Below, in pieces: positions 41,374 through 51,042 of a stretch of 64,000 nucleotides of DNA (positions are counted from its first letter, which is position 1; each line of letters starts with the position of its first letter). A program made the position numbers and the translations under genes. Below the pieces are notes generated by a model. The model saw only the letters and a list, made by a program, of their open reading frames with translations, searched no databases and was not told the origin of the DNA. The stretch is from Acidobacteriota bacterium. Lineage in GTDB: Bacteria > Acidobacteriota > UBA6911 > JACQSX01. Location of the stretch: positions 1 to 64,000 of the forward strand of contig DASXQR010000073.1 of assembly GCA_036507075.1 (NCBI GenBank), in the 5' to 3' direction.

Positions 41374-44031
41374 TTACTGCACCCTTGAAGCCGGCACCGC
41401 TGCCAGGACGCTTCCCGAGTTCGTCCCAAACAGCACTACCGCAGAAACCGGCTGCGTCGATTTGACGCGGATATACCCTCCCGCCTGGTTTACCGCGCCC
41501 GGAACCAGATTTGAAATCAGATCCGTCAGTTTCGTGTTTGCCTGCAGCGTTCGATCCACGCTGCCCAGCAACGCTCCCGCTGGATTTCTAACTTCGATGG
41601 TAACCTGCGTGGAGCCGGTACCCGGAAAGTACACAGACAGACCCGTGTAATAGGTCACCGTCGTGGCAAGCTGCTCGAAGACCAGGTCCTTGCCCAGGCC
41701 CGCCACTGATTCGAACGGGATTTCTGAAGCGAACTGGTTGTTGAATGTGTCCCCAAAGAGCAGGCTGGCAAAGATTGGATTGCCCGAGAGAGTCTTCAAA
41801 GTTACCGAACCGATCACAGCCGGCCCGCCGGGCACGATATTGAAGATCTCCGCCAGCCGCAGCTCAACAATCTGCTGGGCACTCAGAGGAAAGGGCGGTG
41901 AATTCAACAAGGCCCCCGAGGAGTTGCGTCCTTCAATTATCACCTGCTCGATCGAATTCCCCGGATTCACTACGTAAGCTTTGGAGAAGAACACCAGCCC
42001 CGCATTTCCCACTGCGAAATGGGATGAAACGATGCTGCCCGAACCGGCGGAGAGATCCTGCGCGTTCAGACTTACCAGCGAGGTGGCCGAGCGCACCAGC
42101 TCCACCGCGTTCACCGGCAAGGTGCTCTTGAAGGTCACGTATCCGACGTCGCTGTTGATGCCGCTGAAGAGTTGCTGGGCGGTTTCGCGGAAGCTCGCCC
42201 TCGGCGCGACGACGCGAGTCACATTGGAGACTTTCTGGCCTGTAGCGCCGACGTATTCGAAAGTCAGCGTGACGGCGACGTCATTGTTATTGGAGATATC
42301 GAATTCGGTTTCGAATGTGGCGTTTTGTCGGACATCGACAAAGATCCCGTTGGTGAGCGTCGTCCGCGGTACGTCGGTTCCATCGAGGCGGTTCAGCGTG
42401 CTGTCTCCGCTCAGAAAGAAGGCATACACCTGGTCCTGATCGGATTGCAGCTCTACCCATCCGCTCTCCTGCCGCACGGCTTCGAAAATTTCCTGGCTCA
42501 GTCTTGCCAACTGGTTGTTGGGCGGGATGGAAAGCGAAGAGGGATTCCGGATTCCGGGAATGGAAATCAGCTTGCCGGTACTGTCGTAATAAAGGGCGCG
42601 AATTACAGCCGTGTTGGCTGAAAGGTTGGTAATTCCGATGCCGGTAAATTCAGAGCTGCTCTGCTGAACGGCTGGAAAGCGCAGCGCCCTCTGGGTAATG
42701 TTTTGTTCTGCAATCACAAGGCCGGCCGTGTAATACGACTTCTGGTCGCCCGAGACAACGCGCACCTGCCGCGGACCCGGCTGAGCGTCGGCCGCAATTT
42801 GCAGATCGACAAATGCCCCTACCTTGCCGCTGGTAAACCTGAGCTTCCCCCGGCCTTGAATGGTAACGCCGCTGCCCTCGATTTCCAGTTTTAAAGTTCC
42901 CGAGTCGATTGCCGCTTCGGTTATCCCGTCACCCAGGGCTACCAGAGTAAACGATTGGCCGGGACCTGCCTGGAGCGGGCCTCCGCCAATAAAGAAACTG
43001 CCGGCAGAATTCGTGGGCGGCAGGAAGTTTCTTCCCACCGAGGTGATGTTTACAGTGGCCGTGCCTGAGGGAACGCTGATATCGGCATTCTGCACGGCTT
43101 GTCCTGCGGCTAGCGCCTGGCTGGCACCGGTGGAACTGATAAAGTCGACTTTCGAATTCGCAAAGAACGCATTCACGTTCCCGCTGAATAGCGAGCTCAG
43201 GGTAACCGGGCCGTCGAAAGGCTCCGCATAGATAACGTAATTGCCCGGCGGGAGGCCGTCGATGGTGTAAGAACCATCTTTCAAGCTGACGCCGCTCAAG
43301 TAAATATTTTTGGCCGCATCGTAGGCCACCACGTGCGCGCCGAACACCGCCGCGCCTCCGGACAGCACCTTCCCCGAGATGGATCCCAGCGGGCGGCTTG
43401 CGATCGGATAGGTCGCCGATGCAAAGGCTACATCGTCGGGATCCAGCGTGCGCTGGAAGAATTCAAGCTGGCCGGAGGACTGGTACATTGTGGCCGACAG
43501 GACTGCCGTGTGATCAGCGCCCAACGCGTGCCCCATTTCGTGGGTCGCCACAGACTGAATATCGTAGCCTTCCGTTCCCGGATTCACAAAAAACTTCGCG
43601 TTGGGATTGAAGACAATATCTTCATCTCGGATGGTTCCACTCGAGACGCCGAAAAGGATCAAGGTGATGGCCAACGTGTCGCTGCCGCTCGTGAATTGAT
43701 TCCCATCGGAGAAGGTAATGATGTTTTGGTTGTCGTTCTTTGCGATACTTTCCGTAGTAGTGGTGAATGGAGCAAAAGACACCGCGGACGTGGCAATCTG
43801 ATTCCATTCCTGGCGCGCGGCATTGAGCGCGTCTGTCGCACTGCCCCCGCCGACAATGTTTGGTGAGGTATTGATCTTGTCGTTCAGCACGAACAGAACG
43901 GTGGAGGACGCAGGCTTGACCGGCGTTCCACCGGGCCCGCCGCTGTTCGGAGGAGTGACAATGCGTGTATAACCGAATGAGAGCGCGGGAAAAAACAAAA
44001 GCATCAGGACGGATCCCAATAGTTTCTTCAT
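41374..44031 (-). CDS. secreted matrixin-like (M10/metzincin) metalloprotease with a carboxypeptidase-regulatory-like domain and four C-terminal repeats
   Basis: signal peptide; HEMGHALGADH and Met-turn ATMY; GSISGKV..DGSYTIDGLPPGNY; repeated G-[WY]-[VI]-x-x-x-S modules. Confidence 0.88.
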   Translation of the reverse strand: MKKLLGSVLMLLFFPALSFGYTRIVTPPNSGGPGGTPVKPASSTVLFVLNDKINTSPNIVGGGSATDALNAARQEWNQIATSAVSFAPFTTTTESIAKNDNQNIITFSDGNQFTSGSDTLAITLILFGVSSGTIRDEDIVFNPNAKFFVNPGTEGYDIQSVATHEMGHALGADHTAVLSATMYQSSGQLEFFQRTLDPDDVAFASATYPIASRPLGSISGKVLSGGAAVFGAHVVAYDAAKNIYLSGVSLKDGSYTIDGLPPGNYVIYAEPFDGPVTLSSLFSGNVNAFFANSKVDFISSTGASQALAAGQAVQNADISVPSGTATVNITSVGRNFLPPTNSAGSFFIGGGPLQAGPGQSFTLVALGDGITEAAIDSGTLKLEIEGSGVTIQGRGKLRFTSGKVGAFVDLQIAADAQPGPRQVRVVSGDQKSYYTAGLVIAEQNITQRALRFPAVQQSSSEFTGIGITNLSANTAVIRALYYDSTGKLISIPGIRNPSSLSIPPNNQLARLSQEIFEAVRQESGWVELQSDQDQVYAFFLSGDSTLNRLDGTDVPRTTLTNGIFVDVRQNATFETEFDISNNNDVAVTLTFEYVGATGQKVSNVTRVVAPRASFRETAQQLFSGINSDVGYVTFKSTLPVNAVELVRSATSLVSLNAQDLSAGSGSIVSSHFAVGNAGLVFFSKAYVVNPGNSIEQVIIEGRNSSGALLNSPPFPLSAQQIVELRLAEIFNIVPGGPAVIGSVTLKTLSGNPIFASLLFGDTFNNQFASEIPFESVAGLGKDLVFEQLATTVTYYTGLSVYFPGTGSTQVTIEVRNPAGALLGSVDRTLQANTKLTDLISNLVPGAVNQAGGYIRVKSTQPVSAVVLFGTNSGSVLAAVPASRVQ

Positions 44032-44543
44032 CGCACCACTCCCCTGTCACGCGCCTGTAATGCGTGAATCTTGTCCACCAGCTTGCGCAGCGGAATTCTG
44101 CCGCTTTCGTCACCGAGTGAAACTGCAGGGACTGCGATCTTCTGCCCGTGATCGTCGACCACCGGAAATTTCCCCTGAATCAAACCGGATGTGCGCCACT
44201 TGTCTCCGACCTTCTTGAGAAACACAAGCGCTTCCTCGCCGCGGCGGAACTGTGCCGTGCCCGGAACCGCCATTCCGGTGTCGCCCACCACGCCGCCCAG
44301 CTCGGTGATCACCACCGTTTGTCCGGGTTGGCCTTTAACGGCCTCCAGCACCTGAATGCGAGTATCCGTCATCACCCAGCCGCGTTCGGGCATGATGTAG
44401 CTGCGCGAGTCCAGTACCTTCCCATGCACGATCAACTCGGACTCGCTGACCAGTTGATCCAGGTCCAGTTTTCGGATCGTGGTTGCCGACAGAACCGCCG
44501 AAAAAGCCGCCGCCAGCAAGAGTGAACCGATCAGTTGTTTCAT
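44028..44543 (-). CDS. secreted hypothetical protein coupled to the matrixin gene
   Basis: signal peptide, LDQLVSESELIVHGKV, VKG, LGG..VPGTAQF..GEEALVFL, QGKF; ATGA overlap. Confidence 0.8.
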   Translation of the reverse strand: MKQLIGSLLLAAAFSAVLSATTIRKLDLDQLVSESELIVHGKVLDSRSYIMPERGWVMTDTRIQVLEAVKGQPGQTVVITELGGVVGDTGMAVPGTAQFRRGEEALVFLKKVGDKWRTSGLIQGKFPVVDDHGQKIAVPAVSLGDESGRIPLRKLVDKIHALQARDRGVVR

Positions 44544-44590
44544 AAATTCCCCTTTGAGAGCCTTTTAGAAGAGTTTGATTCGAATAGAAT

Positions 44591-45526
44591 ATGCCTCTAA
44601 AGATGCCAAAACTTGCGAGAAGTCTCACCAAATCCAACAAAACCGTCGCTCCGCTGCTCTTCCTTTTCATTGATGGCGTTGGGGTTGGACTTCCGGACCC
44701 GGCCAGGAACCCTCTTTTTGTGGCCGGCAGCAAATCACTCGGATACTACCAGAATATCAAACCGGAAGTTCCTCGCGGTGGAAAAATCATCCTCACGGAC
44801 GCCACTCTGGGAATCGACGGCATTCCGCAAAGCGCGACGGGACAAACATCGCTTTTCACCGGCGTCAACGCGGCGGCTGTTTTGGGGAGGCACCTGAGTG
44901 GATTTCCGACGCCCCGTCTGAAGCTGGTGCTGAAGGATTCGATCTTCAGCAAGGCGAAAAACGCCGGTTTAGCCGTCAGTTTTGCAAACGCGTACCGGCC
45001 CGAATTCTTCAACCAGCCGACCGACAGAGTTTCCGCTACAACTTCCGCCTTCCAGCAGGCCGGCATACCGCTGCGCTCCTTTGAAGACCTGCGCCGGGGC
45101 AATGCCCTATCCCACGAATTTACGAGATCCTTCATCAATTCCAAGGGATATCCTTTTGACCTGATCGGTCCGGAAGAGGCTGCGGCCCACCTGTTGAAGA
45201 TCTTTGGCGAATGCGATCTCCTTCTCTATGAGTTCTTTATGACCGACATGGTGGCCCATACTCAATCGATGCCCGAGGCCTTAAAGCTTCTGCAGACGCT
45301 GGAGACATTCCTGGTGGCGGTGATTAACGGCATCGATATCGAATCCGAATCACTTCTGATCACCAGTGACCATGGCAACTTTGAGGATCTGTCCACACGC
45401 TCTCACACGCTCAATCCGGTGGCCACCCAGGTGTGGGGTCCGGCCAGAGATTTCTTCTGCGTTGACACGCTCGACTTGACCGGAATCGGACCGCGCGTGC
45501 TTCAATCTTTGGGAGTGCAGGGGTGA
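44591..45526 (+). CDS. alkaline-phosphatase-superfamily metalloenzyme (phosphoglycerate mutase-like)
   Basis: FIDGVG, PQSATGQT, DMVAH, TSDHGNFED, HTLNPV. Confidence 0.85.
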   Translation: MPLKMPKLARSLTKSNKTVAPLLFLFIDGVGVGLPDPARNPLFVAGSKSLGYYQNIKPEVPRGGKIILTDATLGIDGIPQSATGQTSLFTGVNAAAVLGRHLSGFPTPRLKLVLKDSIFSKAKNAGLAVSFANAYRPEFFNQPTDRVSATTSAFQQAGIPLRSFEDLRRGNALSHEFTRSFINSKGYPFDLIGPEEAAAHLLKIFGECDLLLYEFFMTDMVAHTQSMPEALKLLQTLETFLVAVINGIDIESESLLITSDHGNFEDLSTRSHTLNPVATQVWGPARDFFCVDTLDLTGIGPRVLQSLGVQG

Positions 45527-46134
45527 AGGATCATCCGATAGTGTCCGGCTGCAAGGCCGGACTGCGGCTGCTCTTCCGTGTCTTTTTCCGGATTGGGTAT
45601 CTGGGGCTGGAAAACATTCCCCCTGAGGGTCCGTGCCTGATCGTGCCGAATCATCAAAGCTATCTCGATCCCCTTTTTGTGGGAGCCGCGCTGCCGCGAT
45701 CGAACCGTTACATGGCAATGCAGACTCTCTTTCGCAGCCGCCCGCTCGCGGCGTTTCTGAGATTTTTCGGCGCCTTCCCGGTCGCCACCGGCAGCGCCGA
45801 CAAGTCCGCAATCCGCGATTCCATCCGCTTCCTGCGCCAGGGAGAGCTGGTGATTATTTTTCCCGAGGGCGGGCGCAGCCGGGACGGAAATCTGAAAGAG
45901 TTTTTTCAGGGATTCGCCCGGATTGCGCTCCGCGAAAAAATTCCCATCGTGCCGGTAACCATCTCGGGCGCGCACAAAGTGTGGCCTCCCGGAAAACTGG
46001 TCCCTCGTCCCGGAAGAATCCGGGTCACTTTTCACCCGCCTCTTCATCCTCGGGAATCGGCTGGGCGTGAGGAGCCGGCAATGCAGGTCGTTCAGACCGT
46101 AAGAGACAGGATTGCATCGGGATTTCAGGGGTGA
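45523..46134 (+). CDS. plsC: 1-acyl-sn-glycerol-3-phosphate acyltransferase family
   Basis: NHQSYLD and FPEGGRS motifs; GTGA overlap. Confidence 0.88.
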   Translation: MKDHPIVSGCKAGLRLLFRVFFRIGYLGLENIPPEGPCLIVPNHQSYLDPLFVGAALPRSNRYMAMQTLFRSRPLAAFLRFFGAFPVATGSADKSAIRDSIRFLRQGELVIIFPEGGRSRDGNLKEFFQGFARIALREKIPIVPVTISGAHKVWPPGKLVPRPGRIRVTFHPPLHPRESAGREEPAMQVVQTVRDRIASGFQG

Positions 46135-46145
46135 GGGTTGATGCT

Positions 46146-46286
46146 TTTTTGCCACAAAGCCACGAAGACACGAAGATCTAAACTGACCCAGAAGTGTCAC
46201 TTCTCGGAACCTTACAAGGATTTCGAGAAGTTTCCTCTTCGGGATAAATATGAGAGCCTCGTGTCTTCGTGTCTTCGTGGCAAAAA
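46146..46286. repeat. inverted family D variant (CACGAAGA / TCTTCGTG)
   Basis: TTTTTGCCACAAAGCCACGAAGACACGAAG ... CTCGTGTCTTCGTGTCTTCGTGGCAAAAA between convergent genes. Confidence 0.85.
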
Positions 46287-46309
46287 GCGCGCCAAGGCCG
46301 GGTACAGGA

Positions 46310-47452
46310 TCAGGACCCCATCCGGGGCGCCGGATGTGGCGGCTGATCTTTTATCGTCACCAACACGCGCTCGTCCATGTATCTGCCCAGATCTCCCTTT
46401 AACGAAGGAGTCCAGTCAAAAACCTTCTGAAAGACGTCCTGGGTTTCCATACAGAGATAGACGGTGCTGGAAGAGCTGCGACTGCGGATCCACTCGATCA
46501 TGCGGGCGTACATTTCCACGCGAATCGGCTTGAAGTACTGGTACTTTCCGTCTGTGGCGCGCACGATCTCCCCGTAGAGAATCTCACTCTTGGGAAATCG
46601 CCATCGGATCACATCTTTCAACTCCTTGTGGAACCGCAGACTTCCCACACTGAGCCATGCGATCTCCTGCTCTGTGAAGCGATCAAACAGGCCATTCACC
46701 AGATCCCTGTAATCCGCCTGCCAGCGATCGTAATGAATCATGGGATCAAAATGGAATGCGACGCGATAACCGTGGTCCGCGCATCGGCGCGCTGCGGCGA
46801 GTTTTTCTTCCAGCGTCGCGGTCTTCCATTCTTCCCGGGAGCTCACGGCGGGAGTGTTGATCGACCAGGCGACCACCGTGTTCCGGTTTGAAGCGATTTG
46901 CAGCAGGTTTTCGATGTTGTTTGTTTTCGTCTTCAGTTCCAACACGGCGTTGTCGCGGCCGCCAAAGAATGGCACCAGCCACTTCGAGATGCCGGTGAGA
47001 TGGTCCAAGCCCAGCGAGTCGGTGAGCTCACCGGTTCCTACACGAAACACTTTTTGCGGATTTCTTGAGAATGCGCTGGCCAGCTCTCTCAGCAGATCGG
47101 GAATATTCACAAAGACACGCATGAACGGATTGTTCAGATAGGCCTGAAGAATGCAATAGGTGCATTCCAGATGGCAGTTGATTGCGTAGGTGACCGTAAA
47201 ATAGTCGCAGCATACGTGGCTGCCGGTACACCCCTGGCAATCCTTCAGGAACCTGCCCTGGTGGCGAGTGAGCACAAGCTGCTTTTTCCCCTGCGTCAGC
47301 GTGGCGTCGCCCGCGTAGAGTTTTTCCAACTCTTCGCGGTTTTGGAAAAACACCACCGGCACATCCGGCAAGCGCTCCAAAACGTGCCGGGTAATCGGCT
47401 CGTCTTTCACCGAAGGATCAACGAAAACCTTTTCCGGCCGGTAATGCTTCAT
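46310..47452 (-). CDS. spore photoproduct lyase family radical SAM protein
   Basis: CHLECTYC radical SAM motif followed by ILQ; ELKTK, AWSIN, FHFDPMI, RVEMY, YLCME. Confidence 0.88.
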   Translation of the reverse strand: MKHYRPEKVFVDPSVKDEPITRHVLERLPDVPVVFFQNREELEKLYAGDATLTQGKKQLVLTRHQGRFLKDCQGCTGSHVCCDYFTVTYAINCHLECTYCILQAYLNNPFMRVFVNIPDLLRELASAFSRNPQKVFRVGTGELTDSLGLDHLTGISKWLVPFFGGRDNAVLELKTKTNNIENLLQIASNRNTVVAWSINTPAVSSREEWKTATLEEKLAAARRCADHGYRVAFHFDPMIHYDRWQADYRDLVNGLFDRFTEQEIAWLSVGSLRFHKELKDVIRWRFPKSEILYGEIVRATDGKYQYFKPIRVEMYARMIEWIRSRSSSSTVYLCMETQDVFQKVFDWTPSLKGDLGRYMDERVLVTIKDQPPHPAPRMGS

Positions 47453-47455
47453 ATC

Positions 47456-48394
47456 TCAGATCAGTTTTAGAATGGCATCGAGTTCCGAGCTTGCTGCCAT
47501 CTCGAGCAGCTTGCGCGAGTAACGCTCCAGCTCTTCGCGCGACTGGAACGGAAAAGCGATACGGTACCTGTTCTCTTCAAAATAGGGAGAAGGCATAAGC
47601 TGGATCTGCCCGGGAAGCTTGAATCGAGCTTTGCTTTCCTCAAATTGCCGTTCCGCCTCCGTCAACCGCGGGTAACGAAGGGATTTGAGCTTGCGGATCC
47701 AGGAATCGTAGACGCGAAAGACCGGTTCGCCGCAGCGGATCTGATCCAGGATTCCGATCAGCTCGTCGGGCGGCAGTTTGTTGACGCGGACCACTTCATC
47801 CATCAGATCCAGCAGCTCGCGCTGCTTGTTTACTCCAAGGCCCAGCGTGGAAAACCACTGCGCAATCTGCTCCACTCGCCCGCCCCAAAAGGAAAGGCGG
47901 TGAGCAGTGTACAGATGCATTTCTCGGGCCGCCACTTTTGCCTGGACCTCGCGCGGCATCTGCAGAAGGGTTTGCAATTGCTCCAGGGCCATGGAGTTCA
48001 TTTTCATTCCAAGCAGCGGAAAGAGCGCTTCAGAAAGCTCTCCCGGGAGCCAGCCGTTTTTCCGAAATTTCTCCACCGCGCGCGCCCGCTCCACGTCATT
48101 TAACTCACCCTGGCTGAGGCGCTCCAGAAGGCCCAGCAACACTGTCTGGCGCCGGTCGAGCCCGGCGCAAACCATAGCGGGAACCGACTCAAGGCCATGG
48201 CTGCGCGCCGCTTCCACTCGCCGAAAACCGCACACTATCAGGAGCCCGGCTTCGGCTCGGAGCAGGATCGGCGGCTGCAGGATTCCGAATTCTTCCACGC
48301 CGCGCAACGGCGGCCGATTCGGATTAAAGGAGATCCGAAAATCTTCTGCGGGTGTAATTTCACAGGTTGACACCCGGGTCAGCTCGATCGGCAT
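47456..48394 (-). CDS. ParB/Srx N-terminal domain protein
   Basis: GILQPPIL..IVCGFRRVEAA (ParB box II-like), LNDVERA helix; 3 bp from the radical SAM gene. Confidence 0.8.
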   Translation of the reverse strand: MPIELTRVSTCEITPAEDFRISFNPNRPPLRGVEEFGILQPPILLRAEAGLLIVCGFRRVEAARSHGLESVPAMVCAGLDRRQTVLLGLLERLSQGELNDVERARAVEKFRKNGWLPGELSEALFPLLGMKMNSMALEQLQTLLQMPREVQAKVAAREMHLYTAHRLSFWGGRVEQIAQWFSTLGLGVNKQRELLDLMDEVVRVNKLPPDELIGILDQIRCGEPVFRVYDSWIRKLKSLRYPRLTEAERQFEESKARFKLPGQIQLMPSPYFEENRYRIAFPFQSREELERYSRKLLEMAASSELDAILKLI

Positions 48395-48422
48395 GCGGTT
48401 GATTATACCTGACAGGTCGTTT

Positions 48423-48478
48423 CCTGGCTTGGTGCCTTGGTGGTTGATTTTTTGAACCACCAAGGCACCAAGACACCA
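48423..48478. repeat. family D cassette
   Basis: CCTGGCTTGGTGCCTTGGTGGTTG-loop-GAACCACCAAGGCACCAAG. Confidence 0.85.
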
Positions 48479-48559
48479 TTTCCATCGGGCCTTTTCGTGA
48501 TAATTTAGTGAAAACGAATTTTTTTTCGTGGAATTGGAATCACGCCGGTTTAGCTATAC

Positions 48560-50857
48560 ATGTCGACCAGTCTGTTCTTGGAGAGCCTCAACGAGCAGCA
48601 GCAGGAAGCTGTTCAGCACGTGAAAGGCCCGCTGCTCATTCTGGCCGGGGCGGGCAGCGGTAAAACACGCACTCTGACTTACCGTATTGCATTTCTGATC
48701 GAGCAGGGACACGCGCGCCCCGAGAATATCCTGGCGGTCACCTTTACCAACAAAGCCGCCGCCGAGATGAAAGAACGGGTGCTGCAGTTGCTGGCCGGCC
48801 GGGGCGGAAATCCGCTGGTCAGCACTTTTCACTCCTTTGCGGTACGGGTACTGCGACGCTACATCGACCGTCTCGGCTACACGCGCGACTTCACCATCTA
48901 CGACTCAGATGATCAGAAATCCGCGGTTAAGAACATCTTGAAGGAACAGCAGGTCGACGAGGCGCTGCTTTCACACCGGCGGGTTCATTCGATGATCAGC
49001 TATGCCAAGAATCATTCCATCGGACCCAAACAGTACCTCGAAAGCGCCGGCAACCGGGAGATGGAGATGGTGGGAAACGCCTACATGGCGTATCAGAGCT
49101 TCCTGAAGCAATCCAACGTCGTCGATTTCGATGATCTCATCCTGCTTACCACCCGGCTCTTCAGGGAGAATTCCGACCTGCTGGAACAGTACAATGCGTG
49201 GTACCGATTCATCCTGGTGGACGAATACCAGGACACCAACCGCCCGCAGTACGAGCTGATCAAACTGCTGACCACATACCATGACAACCTGTGCGTTGTA
49301 GGGGATGAAGATCAATCGATTTACCGCTTCCGCGGAGCGGATATTCAGAACATTCTTCGCTTTGAAAGGGACTTTGCCGGCACCCGGGTGATCAAGCTGG
49401 AGCAGAATTATCGCTCCACTCAAAACATCCTCACCGCCGCGGGCGCCGTGGTCAGCCAGAACACGCAGCGCAAGGGTAAAACACTCTGGACAGAGAATCC
49501 GGCAGGATCGCTCATCGATCTGTACCAGGCGTCTGACGCGTATGCCGAGGCGGATTTCGTTTGCAGAGAAACAGCCCGCATCCTGGATTCGGACGACAAC
49601 ACGCGCGTTGCGATTCTGTACCGCACTAATTTTCAGTCCCGGCAGTTTGAAGAATCCCTGCGGCGCCGCGGGCTGCGCTACAACATCGTGGGCAGCGTCG
49701 GATTCTATGCGCGCGCGGAAGTCAAGGACGTGATTGCCTACCTCAAGGTTCTGCTCAATCCTCACGACGCCGTAATGCTCACGCGCATCATCAATGCCCC
49801 GGCTCGCGGGATCGGCAAGGCGACCATGGACCGCTTGTCGCAGATTGCGTTTCAGGAACAGATTTCAATCTGGGATGCCCTGCAAAAGAGCCTTCGGGAC
49901 AACCTCTTCCCGGCGCGCACGCATGGAGCGCTGTCCCGCTTCCATCAATTGATCACCACTCTGCAGGAGAAAACCGGCACCGCTTCACTGTCCACACTGC
50001 TGGTGATGATTGCCGATCAGAGCGGATATCTGGAAAGTTTGGAAGCGGAAGGAACCGATGAAGCTCAGAACCGGATCCTGAACATCAAAGAATTGATCAA
50101 TGCGGCGCGCGAGGCCGAGGGCTCCGGACAGACGATCCAGGAGTTCCTCGATCATGCCGCGCTCATTTCAGATACCGACGAACTGGACAGCCAATCCCGC
50201 ATTACCTTGCTGACGATGCACAATGCCAAGGGCCTGGAATTTCCCCTGGTTTTCATCGTCGGATGCGAAGAAGGCCTGTTCCCCCATATTCGCTCCAACG
50301 AGAACACCGATGATCTGGAAGAGGAGCGGCGGCTCTGTTATGTGGCAATGACCCGGGCCAAGACAAAACTGTGGATCACTTGCTCGCGTGCTCGAAGGCT
50401 TTACGGAAGCGACATGCCGGCCATGATACAGCCCTCGCGATTCATCGGCGAGATTCCTGCGGCGCTGCTCAATGCAGTGGGCGAACCGGCATGGGAGTCC
50501 GGCTTTCGCCGGGAGAGGCAGGGATTTCCGACGCGCCGGGCGCCTCACCAGCCTGGGTTCCAGCCGCCCTCATTTCCACGGCGTAAAACCTACACCGGCG
50601 CCACACACGATACTCCCGATGCTGTGAGAAAGTTCCTGCAAAGCAGGCCGGCGCCGGCGGCTGCAAAACCGGAACCCGCCATACCCGGAACGGTCGCTGC
50701 CATCAAACCCGGCTCCCGGGTGCTTCATGAGAAATATGGGATGGGCGTAGTGGTAGACCGCCAGAAAGCCGGCGATGATTTCAAACTCACCGTGAGCTTT
50801 GTCGGCATCGGCCCCAAAAGGTTGATGGAAAAGTTTGCGAAGTTGAAAAAAGTCTGA
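48560..50857 (+). CDS. pcrA: UvrD/PcrA ATP-dependent DNA helicase
   Basis: AGAGSGKT, TFTNKAA, VDEYQDTN, VGDEDQSIY, QNYRS, HNAKGLEF, EERRLCYVAMTRA, C-terminal Tudor-like domain. Confidence 0.95.
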   Translation: MSTSLFLESLNEQQQEAVQHVKGPLLILAGAGSGKTRTLTYRIAFLIEQGHARPENILAVTFTNKAAAEMKERVLQLLAGRGGNPLVSTFHSFAVRVLRRYIDRLGYTRDFTIYDSDDQKSAVKNILKEQQVDEALLSHRRVHSMISYAKNHSIGPKQYLESAGNREMEMVGNAYMAYQSFLKQSNVVDFDDLILLTTRLFRENSDLLEQYNAWYRFILVDEYQDTNRPQYELIKLLTTYHDNLCVVGDEDQSIYRFRGADIQNILRFERDFAGTRVIKLEQNYRSTQNILTAAGAVVSQNTQRKGKTLWTENPAGSLIDLYQASDAYAEADFVCRETARILDSDDNTRVAILYRTNFQSRQFEESLRRRGLRYNIVGSVGFYARAEVKDVIAYLKVLLNPHDAVMLTRIINAPARGIGKATMDRLSQIAFQEQISIWDALQKSLRDNLFPARTHGALSRFHQLITTLQEKTGTASLSTLLVMIADQSGYLESLEAEGTDEAQNRILNIKELINAAREAEGSGQTIQEFLDHAALISDTDELDSQSRITLLTMHNAKGLEFPLVFIVGCEEGLFPHIRSNENTDDLEEERRLCYVAMTRAKTKLWITCSRARRLYGSDMPAMIQPSRFIGEIPAALLNAVGEPAWESGFRRERQGFPTRRAPHQPGFQPPSFPRRKTYTGATHDTPDAVRKFLQSRPAPAAAKPEPAIPGTVAAIKPGSRVLHEKYGMGVVVDRQKAGDDFKLTVSFVGIGPKRLMEKFAKLKKV

Positions 50858-50858
50858 G

Positions 50859-51016
50859 TCATTAGCCATTGGTCATTGGTCACTGGGTTGTATGGCGTTG
50901 CTCAAAAGAGGGAAACCTGGCTTGGTGTCTTGGTGTCTTGGTGGTTGAATTTTTTTTACCACCAAGGCACCAAGACCCTGAACTTTCATACTGCATGGCC
51001 AATGACCAATGACTAA
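50859..51016. repeat. family G heptamer arms (TCATTGG / CCAATGA) enclosing a family D cassette (50912-50987)
   Basis: GTCATTAGCCATTGGTCATTGG ... CCAATGACCAATGACTAA directly after the pcrA stop. Confidence 0.85.
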
Positions 51017-51042
51017 TCACCGGTGACGGCTCAAGGAAACCA

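Noticed and set aside
47456..48394. Chromosome or plasmid partition locus
   Set aside because: No parA adjacent and no canonical parS palindrome noticed; the gene is coupled to a radical SAM gene instead
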